DNA of 32,000 nucleotides from Puniceicoccales bacterium (GTDB lineage Bacteria; Verrucomicrobiota; Verrucomicrobiia; Opitutales; JAIRLG01): NCBI GenBank assembly GCA_031288595.1, contig JAITRB010000013.1, positions 1 to 32,000 of the forward strand, read 5' to 3'. Shown piece by piece: positions 9,237 to 18,649 of this stretch (position 1 is its first letter; each line of letters starts with the position of its first letter). The notes under the pieces were generated by a model. It saw only the letters and a program-made list of their open reading frames with translations, ran no database searches and was not told where the DNA came from. The position numbers and the translations under genes were made by a program.

Positions 9237-10715
9237 TCACAAAGGATGAGGACTTGCTTCTCCGACGACGATACCTCCGGTCGCGTAGCCGAGATTCGCC
9301 AGGGCTACGTAGGCCGCATCTTCCGTCTGCACCTGCTGTTGCCGCGCGCTGGCCAGAGCACTCTGGGCCGAGACCAAATCCGAGAAGGAGGCCAAGCCGT
9401 TCTGGTAGGCAACCTGGGTAGCCTCGAAGGATTTTCTCGCCGCTTCCCGACAGGATTCCGCTGCCTGGAGTTGTTTCCGGGTGGACTGAACGGCGTGGTA
9501 GGCCGTCCAGATCTCCTGACTGGCCTTCAATCGGGCCTCCTGCCACTCAGCTTCAGCGACTTCTCTCTCCTCTGCTGCTTCCAGAATATCGTAGGTATTG
9601 CGAAACCCGTCGAAAAGGTTCCACTGCAGAGCCACATAGGCATTGTACTGCTGGTGACTGCCATTCACGTGCCGGAATTTTCTCAGCGAGTCCGTGAACC
9701 CAAACACCAATTCCGGCCATAGGCTTTTTTCCTTTGCCTTCAGGGCCGCCTCCTTTGAGGCCAGTTGACCTTTGGCTGCCACTAGATCTTCCCGCTCCTC
9801 CACCGGCCGTTCCATCCAGGTCTCGAACCCGGAGAACAATTCCTCCCACGCGATGTCTTTTCTCGGTAGGGGCAAAATATCGAAGCCGCTGGAGACAGGC
9901 CTGCCGCAGACGGCCGATAATTCCGCCCGCGCGGCCTCGACGCCGGTCCTCGTCTGTTCCAGGTGGTAACGTGCCTGACAGAGAGAGGCCTCGGCCCTTA
10001 AATCTTCCTGCTGGTTCACCAAGCCCGAGCGATAGCGCTTGGACACCGCCTCCCGCATCCTCTCGGCATCCCGGAGATTCTCCTCTTCCGCCTCTACGGC
10101 CGCCTTAGCTGAATCCAGCTTGCAGTAGGCACACTGGGCGTGGTGAATTACGGTCTGCAAGCCACGGGTATACCGATGCTGCGAGGCCTCCAGAGCTTCC
10201 TTCACGGCCTGTACCGATGCCTCATCTCTCCCGAAGTGAAACAGCGAATAAATCAGTTCCAGCTGTGGATAGAAAACCGTTTGCCGCTGCTGTTGGACGG
10301 TCTTGCCGACAACTGGCTGCTCCACCTTGGCGGCGCAGATCCCCGCTTTCAGCTGCGGATAAAACGCGCTCTTGGCCTTCCCGTGCTGGGCGGCCAGCGA
10401 ACGCGAATGGGCCCACAGCTTTCGGGTCAAAGGGTGGCGGCACAGGGCCTGGTCGACCACGTCGTAGATGCTTAGAGGATCTAGTCCGCCATCGGGAAAA
10501 TCCTGAGCTACAGTGCTTCTCTCCGCCGGACATTCCGGAGGAACAGGATGATTTTCGTTCCCCAGACCTGGTAGAGAGGGCAAAAAATAAACCGAAGGAG
10601 GACAGGCTCTCTGGATACTATTATCCTTAAATTCCTGATGGGTACAGGCACTGAGGAACAGGGCCGTCACGAGACAAACCCCTGAAAAGCAGCACTGACT
10701 TTCGCTTCCCGCCAT
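9237..10715 (-). CDS. Outer membrane efflux protein (TolC/OprM family), lipoprotein
   Basis: Lipobox ALFLSAC. About 490 aa with the two-repeat helical, Ala/Gln/Glu-rich OEP pattern. Its stop lies 1 nt from the MFP start, so it is the first gene of an OMF-MFP-RND operon. Confidence 0.85.
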   Translation of the reverse strand: MAGSESQCCFSGVCLVTALFLSACTHQEFKDNSIQRACPPSVYFLPSLPGLGNENHPVPPECPAERSTVAQDFPDGGLDPLSIYDVVDQALCRHPLTRKLWAHSRSLAAQHGKAKSAFYPQLKAGICAAKVEQPVVGKTVQQQRQTVFYPQLELIYSLFHFGRDEASVQAVKEALEASQHRYTRGLQTVIHHAQCAYCKLDSAKAAVEAEEENLRDAERMREAVSKRYRSGLVNQQEDLRAEASLCQARYHLEQTRTGVEAARAELSAVCGRPVSSGFDILPLPRKDIAWEELFSGFETWMERPVEEREDLVAAKGQLASKEAALKAKEKSLWPELVFGFTDSLRKFRHVNGSHQQYNAYVALQWNLFDGFRNTYDILEAAEEREVAEAEWQEARLKASQEIWTAYHAVQSTRKQLQAAESCREAARKSFEATQVAYQNGLASFSDLVSAQSALASARQQQVQTEDAAYVALANLGYATGGIVVGEASPHPL

Positions 10716-10928
10716 CGCAGATTTCTTGGGAAGATGTTTTCAGCGATGACAAATCAAGCATTAAAAAATGAGTTAAAAACGAATCCATCGCTCCTAGTCG
10801 GCCATTGAAAATCCGGAGAAGACAGGTTCAGAAGAGAGAGGCTATGGGGGGCGCAAAACGCAAAAAGCCGCGCGCGAATCGGCACGGTTCCAGACATTAG
10901 CCCCTAGTTCCATGTCTCGATCTTCTGC

Positions 10929-12908
10929 TCAGGATGGCGGACGCTGCTCCCTTTCGCGGCGCCGGTCGCGACCCTGGCCGGAATCGTGTTCCATGGCTCC
11001 CTCGAAGCTCCCCTCGGAATGGTCGTGCACGTTGACCCTGATGTCCTTCATCCCCTCTAGGCGCTGTAGGAGATATTCCTGCAGAACCACTTGATTCTGC
11101 GTCAAAAAGGTCACTGCATCTCCGGATCTAGAGAGGAAATCGACCGTCAAGAACTGCCCTTCTCTCAAAATCCTCATCTCGGTCCCTGGAAGAATATGCT
11201 CCTGCAATTGGACCCAGAGCTCCGATTTCGCCCCAGCGGCTTCGTGGACTAGAATCTGATGGGCGACGAGCTTGCCGATTTCGACAATTGTCCGTTGGGC
11301 AGAAATCTGTGCGCTAGACACAGGATCCGCCATCGCTTCAATGCTGGCCAGAATCGATTCTCCACCCGCCTGTACAGGTATATCCAGCGGGTCTAATTCC
11401 AAGTCCGCAGATATTTCCAATTCACCCTCATCTGAAGTGTCCCATGACGCCAAAGATGGCTCCCATTCCTCCAGCTCTGCTGTCACTAACTCTGCTCTTG
11501 AGTGCGTTGAGTCCGAATATCCCCGCCCGAGATGAATGCTCTGGGGAGGCCTCTCAGTCTTCTCGGGTACAGCGCTAGACTCAGCACCCACCTCGACAGC
11601 TGGCAGACTTACATCGGCAGCTGGCATCTCCTGCCGGGATACTGCAGTACTCATTGGGACATCGGACGAGCGGTGGGCCTCTGGCAGTGCTTTCTGCGTT
11701 GCGGCCCTTGGACGAGGAGCGACCGGTGCCGGTTCCGCCCTACTGGGCGCATCGCCAATAACGGGATAGTCCCTGGCCGAAGGTCCAGCTGATCGAAAAG
11801 ATACCCTCGATGGGGAGGGGAGGACCGCTCCTCGGCGAGGTGGCGATTCCGGCTCTGCCGCAAGCCCTTTCGGCCCACCCACTGTCGATTCTCTACGCAC
11901 GGCTGTCGAGACATAGGCTCTCGGCGGAGAGCCCCGAAATTCGGTCAGAACCTCGATCCCCGCTTTGCTCTCACGGAAAGTCGCGGGACGCATTCTACTG
12001 GACGATGGACGCGACCCTCGTTCTGTTATTCCTGGCACTGATCCCTCTTTTCGGGATATCGCAACAGCCATGGGAACATCGGATGACCGGTGGGCCCCTG
12101 GCAGTGCTTTCTGCGTTACGGCCCTTGGATAAGGGACGACCGGTGGCGGTTCCGCCCTACTGGGCACGTCGCCAATGACGGGAGGATACTCCCTGGCCGA
12201 AGGCCTGGCTGATTGAAAAGATACCGTCGATGGGGAAGGGAGGACCGTTTCTCGGTGAGGTGCCGGTGGCGGTTCCGCCCTATTGGGCACGTCGCCAATA
12301 GCTGGAGGATACTCCCTGGCCGAAGGTCCAGCTGATCGAAAAGATACCGTCGATGGGGAGGGGAGGACTGCTTCTCGGTGAGGTGCCGATGCCGGCTCCA
12401 CCGCAAGCCCTTTCGGCGCATCCCCTGTCGATTCTCTACGCACGGCTGTCGGGACATAGGCTCTCGGCGGAGAGTCTTGACATTCGGCCATAACGTCGCC
12501 TCCCTCCCTTCTCCCATGGGCAGTCGCCTTTGACTCCTCTGAATGAGCTCTCCACATGCCAGGAGGAGCAACATCGCAGACCTCCAAATCCGATGAACGA
12601 GCATCTGCCTCAGGGTTGAGGGGATGGGATTCGAAGGCCGATACACCTTTATCCGCTTCCAAGGGAAGTTTCAGGTCTGAAGACGGAAACGGAGCATCAT
12701 GAACCCGGACTTTACTTCCCTCCAGAGCCGTTTGGCCCAGGGTTGTTCTGCGAACGGTTCTGCCTTTCACCAGGCCCTCGAAGCGCGCCACATCTGCTGG
12801 ATTTATATCTGATTTCGTAGGTCCCAATACCCTGCCCTGCGGAGCGGCGACCGCCGCAGGAAGCAGCCCTTTCGGCGGAACCCTTGTTGCATGCACCTCA
12901 TTTCCCAT
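10929..12908 (-). CDS. sctP: T3SS needle-length regulator / substrate-specificity switch protein SctP (YscP/CdsP-like), Pro-rich ruler with internal repeats
   Basis: Located directly after sctO, as in the Ysc and Chlamydia clusters. Long Pro/Ser/Ala-rich repetitive central region. The C-terminal ~100 aa (LVAHQILVHEAAGAKSELWVQLQEHILPGTEMRILREGQFLTVDFLSRSGDAVTFLTQNQVVLQEYL) look like a FliK/YscP T3S4 switch domain. Confidence 0.7.
   Translation of the reverse strand: MGNEVHATRVPPKGLLPAAVAAPQGRVLGPTKSDINPADVARFEGLVKGRTVRRTTLGQTALEGSKVRVHDAPFPSSDLKLPLEADKGVSAFESHPLNPEADARSSDLEVCDVAPPGMWRAHSEESKATAHGRREGGDVMAECQDSPPRAYVPTAVRRESTGDAPKGLAVEPASAPHREAVLPSPSTVSFRSAGPSAREYPPAIGDVPNRAEPPPAPHRETVLPSPSTVSFQSARPSAREYPPVIGDVPSRAEPPPVVPYPRAVTQKALPGAHRSSDVPMAVAISRKEGSVPGITERGSRPSSSRMRPATFRESKAGIEVLTEFRGSPPRAYVSTAVRRESTVGGPKGLAAEPESPPRRGAVLPSPSRVSFRSAGPSARDYPVIGDAPSRAEPAPVAPRPRAATQKALPEAHRSSDVPMSTAVSRQEMPAADVSLPAVEVGAESSAVPEKTERPPQSIHLGRGYSDSTHSRAELVTAELEEWEPSLASWDTSDEGELEISADLELDPLDIPVQAGGESILASIEAMADPVSSAQISAQRTIVEIGKLVAHQILVHEAAGAKSELWVQLQEHILPGTEMRILREGQFLTVDFLSRSGDAVTFLTQNQVVLQEYLLQRLEGMKDIRVNVHDHSEGSFEGAMEHDSGQGRDRRREREQRPPS
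11631..12473 (-). repeat. Nested in-frame repeats in sctP
   Basis: Two copies of a ~100-aa module, at aa ~146-287 and ~327-426, both beginning SPPRAYV.TAVRREST. A 41-aa (123-nt) Pro-rich submodule (APHRE.VLPSPSTVSF.SA.PSAREYPP.IGDVP.RAEPPP) is present three times: nt 12264-12386, 12141-12263 and 11724-11843. Confidence 0.85.
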
Positions 12909-12941
12909 CTCATCACCTCCATGGCTGTTCCGATTATTTTA

Positions 12942-13412
12942 TTACTTTTTCACTCTGAAATCTTCCATTTCCAGATCTGCTTGAAATTCCTCCTCCTTGA
13001 TCACCTCTGCGATCCAGGTCTCCTTATGCGCCTCAATTTTCTCGATATTGCGCTTGGCTGTAGCGAGCGTTTCTTTGCACTGCTCGATGTGCTCCTCGGC
13101 CTTCCGACACTCCTCCTGTGCGTTCTCGACCCGCCTCTCATGCTCCAGTAGGGAAGCCCTCAGCGCCCTGACCGTTTCGTGCAGGTCGTCGATGTTCCTG
13201 CGCCGGACGCTCTGCTTGATGATTGCCGCGTAGAGATGTTCGGTTTCCTCCTGGACGAAGACCCGGTAATCCTCCAGCTCCTGCAGGGCCTTCTGGAGTA
13301 TTTTCTGGGCCGCGACGAGCAGGCGGCGGGCTTGAACGACCTCCTTCTCGGCCCTGTCCTTACGGATGTGGCGCACTTTGAGCAAATCCCCCAACGCGTA
13401 TTTCGCAGCCAT
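12942..13412 (-). CDS. sctO: T3SS stalk protein SctO (YscO/CdsO-like)
   Basis: 156 aa, highly charged and predicted to be an all-helical coiled coil. Sits immediately downstream of sctN (2-nt gap), the conserved SctO position. Confidence 0.65.
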   Translation of the reverse strand: MAAKYALGDLLKVRHIRKDRAEKEVVQARRLLVAAQKILQKALQELEDYRVFVQEETEHLYAAIIKQSVRRRNIDDLHETVRALRASLLEHERRVENAQEECRKAEEHIEQCKETLATAKRNIEKIEAHKETWIAEVIKEEEFQADLEMEDFRVKK

Positions 13413-13414
13413 AG

Positions 13415-14749
13415 CTATGATAAACCCACCACCTGTCGGAGCTTCTGAATCGTTCCCTCGAAGCTGTCCCTGTCCTGAAGGCCCTGCTTGAGGAAATTAT
13501 TCACGGCATCGATGCGGGCAATGGCCTCGTCGGTCACGGCATCGGCACCCTTTTTATATTCTCCGATACGCACCAGCAATTCCACCTCGTTGTACTTCGC
13601 CAAGATATTGCGCAGTTTGCCAGCTGCCTCCCGATGCTCCTTGCTCACGATGGCGCTCATGCAGCGGCTGATGCTCAAAAGCACATCGATGGCCGGATAG
13701 TGATTGGCCGAGGCCAGTTTCCGGGAGAGAATGATGTGGCCATCCAGAATGGAGCGCGTCTCATCCGCTACCGGTTCCGTCATGTCATCGCCCTCGACGA
13801 GCACGGTGTAGAGCGCCGTAATCGAGCCCTTCTCCGCTTGTCCGGCACGCTCCATCAGGCGCGGCAGGGTCGAGAAGACCGATGGGGGAAAGCCCCGGCG
13901 GGTGGGGGGTTCACCGGCGGCCAGACCGATTTCCCGCTGAGCCCGCGCGAAACGGGTCACCGAATCCATCAGCAGCAAAACCCTCTTGCCCTGGTCGCGA
14001 AAGTATTCCGCCACGGCCGTCGCCACGTAGGCGGCTTTAAGGCGCTCCATCGACGAGCGATCGGAAGTCGAGATGACCAGCACCGAGCGCTTCATCCCCT
14101 CCTCGCCGAGGTCTTTTTCGATGAACTCCCGCACTTCGCGGCCACGCTCACCGATTAGGGCCAGGACATTGATCTCCGCCTCCGTGTTGCGGATGATTTG
14201 GCTCAGCAGCGTGCTCTTGCCCCCACCGGCCGCCGCAAAAATTCCCATGCGCTGGCCCTCCCCACAGGTCAAAAGACCGTCGAGGGAACGGACCCCCAAC
14301 GACAGCGGTTTGCTGATGGGTGCACGCATCATGGCGTTGGGCGGATCCCGGTAGACCGAACAGAAACCCGTCGGCCTCAATGGGCCTTTTGTCCTCTCAT
14401 CCAGCGGGCGACCCAATCCATCCAGGACGCGCCCCCGCATGTCATCGCAGACCGGCACCATGTGAACACGGCCAGTGGGAACGACCTCGGTGGAGGAAGA
14501 AATTCCCAACAGCTCCCCCAGAGGAGTCAGGAGTGCGGCCTCTCTCTCGAAACCGACTACCTCCGACATCAGTTCCCAGTGATCCCATGGGTTGCGCAGG
14601 AAGCAGAGCTCGCCGACCTTCACCCCTGGGACCGCCGCCTTGATGATCGTCCCCACAACCTGCAGCACGCGGCCCTTGACCTGAATCGTCTTCGCCTCTT
14701 CGATGTTCTGGGCCAGGCGCTTGAAAATATCGCTGTAAGCTGCATCCAT
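13415..14749 (-). CDS. sctN: T3SS ATPase SctN (YscN/CdsN/InvC family)
   Basis: 444 aa. Walker [15 protein letters not shown], Walker [20 protein letters not shown]. The F1/FliI-like signature is present throughout, including the C-terminal [14 protein letters not shown]. Confidence 0.95.
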   Translation of the reverse strand: MDAAYSDIFKRLAQNIEEAKTIQVKGRVLQVVGTIIKAAVPGVKVGELCFLRNPWDHWELMSEVVGFEREAALLTPLGELLGISSSTEVVPTGRVHMVPVCDDMRGRVLDGLGRPLDERTKGPLRPTGFCSVYRDPPNAMMRAPISKPLSLGVRSLDGLLTCGEGQRMGIFAAAGGGKSTLLSQIIRNTEAEINVLALIGERGREVREFIEKDLGEEGMKRSVLVISTSDRSSMERLKAAYVATAVAEYFRDQGKRVLLLMDSVTRFARAQREIGLAAGEPPTRRGFPPSVFSTLPRLMERAGQAEKGSITALYTVLVEGDDMTEPVADETRSILDGHIILSRKLASANHYPAIDVLLSISRCMSAIVSKEHREAAGKLRNILAKYNEVELLVRIGEYKKGADAVTDEAIARIDAVNNFLKQGLQDRDSFEGTIQKLRQVVGLS

Positions 14750-14755
14750 GACGCT

Positions 14756-15463
14756 CTACTCCGCTGTTTTTTTCTCCATGGCTTCCTGAATAGCCTTCAA
14801 CTGGGTCTTCAGGCTCGCATCGATGACCCCGTACTCGGTTTCGAGAAAACAGCTTCCAGGGGACAGATGGGAATCCGCGATGATGTCCAGGTACTTCACC
14901 TCGCCGTTGACGCGCAGGATATCGTCCAGCTGTTCGCGCACTGCGCCCGCATCCGAAGCCGCGACCTTCAGCGCCGCCTGTTTCTGGCCCCGCACCGCTT
15001 TCAGCGCATTTTTGACGATTTTGACAATCACCTCGCCCTCATCCATCTCTCCCAAAATGCGTTCCAGCGCCCGCACCGCCACTTTGCCCATCCCCTGCTC
15101 CAGCTGGGCCCAATCCTCCTCCTGTTTGCGGGTCAATTCTAGCAGCTTCTGGGCCACTTCTCTCTTGGCATTTTTCAGACCTTCTTCGCGCCCCCGCAGC
15201 TCCTCCTCCTTAAATCGCTGGGCGGCCTTCTGCCTCATCTCCTCGCAGCTCACCTTCGTTTTCTGGAGCAGCTGTTCGCTCATCCTATTGACCTCAAGCA
15301 AGACGCGCTGGGCCTCTGCATTCGCCTCGTCCACCACCCTCTGCGACTCGGCATAGGCATTTTCCAGCGCATCCTGGATGGAGACCATCGTGGCAAATTC
15401 GCTCAGAGGCAAGACCTTCTGATCAGGAACGATGCAAAATCGGGATGCTTTGATCTCTAACAT
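14756..15463 (-). CDS. sctL: T3SS stator protein SctL (YscL/CdsL/FliH family)
   Basis: 235 aa with a charged coiled-coil N-terminal half. FliH/YscL-type C-terminus (IIADSHLSPGSCFLETEYGVIDASLKTQLKAIQEAM). Immediately upstream of sctN. Confidence 0.8.
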   Translation of the reverse strand: MLEIKASRFCIVPDQKVLPLSEFATMVSIQDALENAYAESQRVVDEANAEAQRVLLEVNRMSEQLLQKTKVSCEEMRQKAAQRFKEEELRGREEGLKNAKREVAQKLLELTRKQEEDWAQLEQGMGKVAVRALERILGEMDEGEVIVKIVKNALKAVRGQKQAALKVAASDAGAVREQLDDILRVNGEVKYLDIIADSHLSPGSCFLETEYGVIDASLKTQLKAIQEAMEKKTAE

Positions 15464-16158
15464 GGGTTCTTTTCCCCTCTATCCTGGGTTTCAAGGGCCA
15501 TGACTTTCTCCAGAATGATCTTGGCCATTCCCTCACAGAAAGTGCGTTCTTCCCGCGAAGGTTTATGGGAAAAGTCCCATGCCCATTCTCGGGGAAATTG
15601 CAGGACAAAGCGCTCCAGGAGCGCCGCAGGGGCATCGGCCAGAAGGGATTCCAGCATCCACTTCCCCTTCTGCCGAATGCGCTCCGGCAGGGAAGGTTTT
15701 TCCTGAATCGCTTCGGGGAAAAGCGGAACGCTCAACTTTGACAGAAGCGGTACCCGATACAGGACGAAATGGTAGACCGCTTCGCCGATGCTCTGCTTTA
15801 GGGCCACCACTTCGCTCCCCAAAATGACGCGCGCTATGGCCTCCGATTCGCAGTAGGCCCCGAGGTAGAGCTGCAAATCCCCTATTTTCTCCGCTCCGAT
15901 AAAGGCGAGGTCCCAGCGCGATTCCAGATCCCTGGGAATCGCATCGTTCCGGAGTTTCAGGTGTTCCCAGAGCCACACTTCGACCGCTTCCTTCGTGCGC
16001 TTTGCGGAACGCAGAAGGCGGTACAAAGCAGGCGTCATGCCCTCCGGAAAGCGCGTGGGGTGCAACCAGCGCTCCAGCTGGAACGAGCGCTGGTAGTCCT
16101 CCAGCATCGCCGCTATGCCGTATCCCTCAGCCACATCCATCATTCCCATTCCATTCAT
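15457..16158 (-). CDS. sctK: Candidate T3SS sorting-platform protein SctK (YscK position)
   Basis: Assigned by synteny only: 233 aa between sctJ and sctL, overlapping the sctL start by 7 nt. AGGAG lies 10 nt upstream of the ATG. SctK proteins are poorly conserved and I see no diagnostic motif. Confidence 0.45.
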   Translation of the reverse strand: MNGMGMMDVAEGYGIAAMLEDYQRSFQLERWLHPTRFPEGMTPALYRLLRSAKRTKEAVEVWLWEHLKLRNDAIPRDLESRWDLAFIGAEKIGDLQLYLGAYCESEAIARVILGSEVVALKQSIGEAVYHFVLYRVPLLSKLSVPLFPEAIQEKPSLPERIRQKGKWMLESLLADAPAALLERFVLQFPREWAWDFSHKPSREERTFCEGMAKIILEKVMALETQDRGEKNPC

Positions 16159-16248
16159 GCTCTGGCCGCTCCTAAAAGCGGTTTCAAGTTTTGGCTAAAT
16201 CCATCTCTCCATCGACATTTTCATCCCGGCATTCAGCAGGGCGCAAAA

Positions 16249-17112
16249 TCACTTGCCCTTGCCGGTATTTTCCGGCAAAGCGACCGCCTTCACCATTGTC
16301 TCCAAAGCCGAAGCTTCTCCCGATGGAGATTTTTTCCTAGCCAACATGCGCCAGGTCACCAGGAGGGCCATCAGCAAAAGTCCCAGCAGAACGCCCAGGG
16401 AGGAAAGGATGATGATCAGGCGCCCTCGGGCATCTGCTGCCATTTCCATCCCGAGAAAATCCACCGTGCCGCTCGTCGCCCTATCCTGAAAAAAGGCCAT
16501 CGCAAAGCTCGCCGGGAACAGGGCTACCGACACCCGGTCGTATTCCAGGCCTTCGATGCTGTTCGTAACGAGGTACTTGATCTCCCGCATGTAATCCTCC
16601 ACATTGGTGTCCGGCCGATAGGTGATGCAGACCGCCGCCGAGGAAGGCACCACGACATCCGTATAGGGATCATTCTCCGGTAGTACCAGATGTACCCTAG
16701 CCGATAGAACCCCTGGGATATTGCAGAGCGTGGCGGCGATGTCCTCGCTGAGGGCGTACATGAAGCGCGCCCGTTCTTCCAGAGGGGAGGAGACGAGACC
16801 CGCCTTGGCAAAGACCTGTCCGATGCTCTGGTGCTTCCCCTTGGGATAGCCATGCGCGTTGAGGAGAGCAACTGATCTCGCAAAATCCTTCGCCGCAACC
16901 TTGACGATGAAAGTAGCTTCTGCCCCTGCTGTCTTCTGGGAGAGGATGGTCTGCTGCGACAGTAGGGAAATGATCTCGTTGGCCTCCTTTTCCGGCAATC
17001 CGTTGTAGAGATCGATCTTGCTGCACCCGACCAACCCCAGCAGGGACAGTAGTAGGAACCATTTGGGTCCACGTCCATTTTCCATCACATTCCCCATTGC
17101 CGTAAAAACCAA
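16249..17112 (-). CDS. sctJ: T3SS inner-membrane ring lipoprotein SctJ (YscJ/PrgK/EscJ/CdsJ family)
   Basis: Lipobox LLGLVGC followed by SKIDLYNGLPEKEANEIISLL, the hallmark YscJ/FliF N-terminus. C-terminal TM helix IIILSSLGVLLGLLLMALLV. TTG start at 17112 with GAGGGAG 6 nt upstream. In-frame ATGs at 17097 and 17085 are alternatives. Confidence 0.9.
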   Translation of the reverse strand: MVFTAMGNVMENGRGPKWFLLLSLLGLVGCSKIDLYNGLPEKEANEIISLLSQQTILSQKTAGAEATFIVKVAAKDFARSVALLNAHGYPKGKHQSIGQVFAKAGLVSSPLEERARFMYALSEDIAATLCNIPGVLSARVHLVLPENDPYTDVVVPSSAAVCITYRPDTNVEDYMREIKYLVTNSIEGLEYDRVSVALFPASFAMAFFQDRATSGTVDFLGMEMAADARGRLIIILSSLGVLLGLLLMALLVTWRMLARKKSPSGEASALETMVKAVALPENTGKGK

Positions 17113-17131
17113 AGCTCACTCCCTCATAACA

Positions 17132-17557
17132 CTAACCCTGGTTGCGGAACAGTGTTTGCAGCGACTGGCTGCTCTTGTCCGCCATCTTGGCCGTAAGGTC
17201 CGCCGCGATACCCAACTTCATCACAGCCAGCTGTATCTGCAGAAGCTGGGTTGTCCCCACATTCTTCATACCGTTGGCCATCACCTGCTGGACCTGATCA
17301 AAGGTTTTACAATAGGTCGTGCGGAAATCCTGTGCTTCACTGATTATCCGATCCCCGAACTGCTTGATGGGCGCATGGGAAATGCCATGAACACCCCGCG
17401 TCGGGTCCACCGACGGACTTCCCTGCAATACAGAGTTATTGAACTGCGCAATATCCGTCACCGTCGGTGTCCCTGCCAAAAAGTTGTCGACGTGTTGAAC
17501 CGCAGATACTCCACTTTGGGCCCTGTTCAACACTATACTACCCACGAATGCACTCAT
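17132..17557 (-). CDS. sctI: T3SS inner rod protein SctI (YscI/PrgJ-like)
   Basis: 141 aa between the needle/chaperone genes and sctJ. The C-terminal helix LLQIQLAVMKLGIAADLTAKMADKSSQSLQTLFRNQG resembles the conserved YscI/PscI C-terminus. Confidence 0.6.
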   Translation of the reverse strand: MSAFVGSIVLNRAQSGVSAVQHVDNFLAGTPTVTDIAQFNNSVLQGSPSVDPTRGVHGISHAPIKQFGDRIISEAQDFRTTYCKTFDQVQQVMANGMKNVGTTQLLQIQLAVMKLGIAADLTAKMADKSSQSLQTLFRNQG

Positions 17558-17604
17558 CCCATCCTCCCGTCGTTACTTTTATCCCTTGATGGACGGATAT
17601 AAAC

Positions 17605-18051
17605 TCAGCGCTTTCCCCATCCTTCGTCTTGCTTTTTTAAAATCTCCTTTGCGATTTGCACCGCTTCCGCTATCTCATTCTTATCGATCACCTGATTCAG
17701 AAAATACTCAGCCAGCCCGCGAGAGCCGATCCTACTGAGAATAAGTCCCAGAAAAGCCTTGGCCAAATCGCTCTTCGGATTGATGACCAGTGCCCGTTTC
17801 GTCAGCATTTCAAAGGCCTCAGCGAGTTGCCCCATGGAGATTTTTGCAAGCGCATAGGCGATCCATGGGGATTCACTCTCCGGACGAACGGCGATAATCC
17901 CATCGAAAATAGCCTCCGCCCGCTGTTGCCAACCACAGCCTGCAGCTATGTGAGCGATTTCCGTCAGAACCTGTAACAAGTCCGACGGAATATCCCTGAA
18001 TGGGGACGCCGAGGATGTCGTCCGCTCCATCGATGGCTGGCACAATTCCAT
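17605..18051 (-). CDS. sctG: TPR-like needle-subunit chaperone SctG (YscG/PscG/CdsG-like)
   Basis: 148 aa, all-helical, with TPR-like Ala/Leu spacing (AEAIFDGIIAVRPESESPWIAYALAKISMGQLAEAFEMLTKRALVINP). Immediately downstream of sctF, as in Ysc/Psc/Cds clusters. Confidence 0.55.
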   Translation of the reverse strand: MELCQPSMERTTSSASPFRDIPSDLLQVLTEIAHIAAGCGWQQRAEAIFDGIIAVRPESESPWIAYALAKISMGQLAEAFEMLTKRALVINPKSDLAKAFLGLILSRIGSRGLAEYFLNQVIDKNEIAEAVQIAKEILKKQDEGWGKR

Positions 18052-18068
18052 AGCAAAATCAGCAGTGT

Positions 18069-18359
18069 TCAGCGGATGTTCTGAGTGACTTTGGCCATAC
18101 CATCGCCGATGCAGCGCATAAGTCCTGTCATCGTGGAGATCAGAACGCTCCAGTTCTGCACATTCATCTGTAGTGTCAGCAGCGTCCCCTGATCGATGGT
18201 CCTGGAATCCTGTCCCTTGATGGCATCGATCGCCACTTTCATGTTCTCTTCGAATGCACTGACTTGCGTCGCGCCGTACCTGGCGATGTTCTCGACGCTG
18301 AACACCTCTCCATTCATCGCGTCTAGCACTTCCAACGAAGCCGATTTTGAGTCTGCCAT
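18069..18359 (-). CDS. sctF: T3SS needle filament protein SctF (YscF/PrgI/MxiH/CdsF family)
   Basis: 96 aa helix-turn-helix protein. Its C-terminal half (LLTLQMNVQNWSVLISTMTGLMRCIGDGMAKVTQNIR) aligns by eye with YscF (LLADLQHSINKWSVIYNINSTIVRSMKDLMQGILQKF). SD-like AAAGGTAGG lies upstream. Confidence 0.8.
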   Translation of the reverse strand: MADSKSASLEVLDAMNGEVFSVENIARYGATQVSAFEENMKVAIDAIKGQDSRTIDQGTLLTLQMNVQNWSVLISTMTGLMRCIGDGMAKVTQNIR

Positions 18360-18406
18360 ATCCTACCTTTCTGTTGTTGTGTTATTTGTTGTCTCTTCAA
18401 AAAATC

Positions 18407-18649
18407 TCAGCGGTAACACCTGATGACCTCTAGGGCATTGTCGAGGGCTACCTTAAATGCGTTCCAAGCCTTGTACTCCTCCGGCGAGAGCCCGCTGCTC
18501 ATGAGATTGCTCAGCTCGCCGCGCTTCTGGAGGAGCCTATCCATGAGTTGTTGGCGATAGGTCTCCCCCTCTTTATCATCGAGCAGTTTGCGCTCCAGCG
18601 CCGTCATCGTGATGCGTTTCTCCGTACCCTCTTTCATATCAGTACTCAC
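18407..18649 (-). CDS. sctE: Needle co-chaperone SctE (YscE/PscE/CdsE-like)
   Basis: 80 aa, helical. The C-terminal GLSPEEYKAWNAFKVALDNALEVIRCY resembles YscE (GGDAKQYQVWQRESKALESAIAIIHYV). Lies between sctD and sctF and overlaps the sctD stop by 11 nt. Confidence 0.55.
   Translation of the reverse strand: MSTDMKEGTEKRITMTALERKLLDDKEGETYRQQLMDRLLQKRGELSNLMSSGLSPEEYKAWNAFKVALDNALEVIRCYR

Noticed and set aside
4945..10715. Idea that the RND operon is a CzcCBA-type heavy-metal exporter functionally linked to the His-rich protein at 2420-3787.
   Set aside because: The permease TM4 motif is GFLVDDAIVFLEN (HAE1 multidrug type), not the DFG..DGA motif of HME-RND pumps. The genes are also separated by ssrA and lie on opposite strands.
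10850..10900. Intrinsic terminator after sctP on the minus strand (GCCG-ATTCGCGCG-CGGC followed by TTTTTGCGTTTTGCG).
   Set aside because: The stem is only 4 bp with a 9-nt loop. This is not convincing without energy calculations or 3'-end data, so it is mentioned only under the junction finding.
14198..15142. 314-aa plus-strand ORF overlapping sctN/sctL. Similar long antisense or alternate-frame ORFs occur at 13634-14158, 15961-16683, 17018-17602, 18588-19412 and 20713-21255.
   Set aside because: All lie opposite or out of frame to genes with strong family motifs. Their translations are Arg/Pro/Gly/His-rich low-complexity strings typical of shadow ORFs in GC-rich DNA. No starts with an SD sequence and no motifs.
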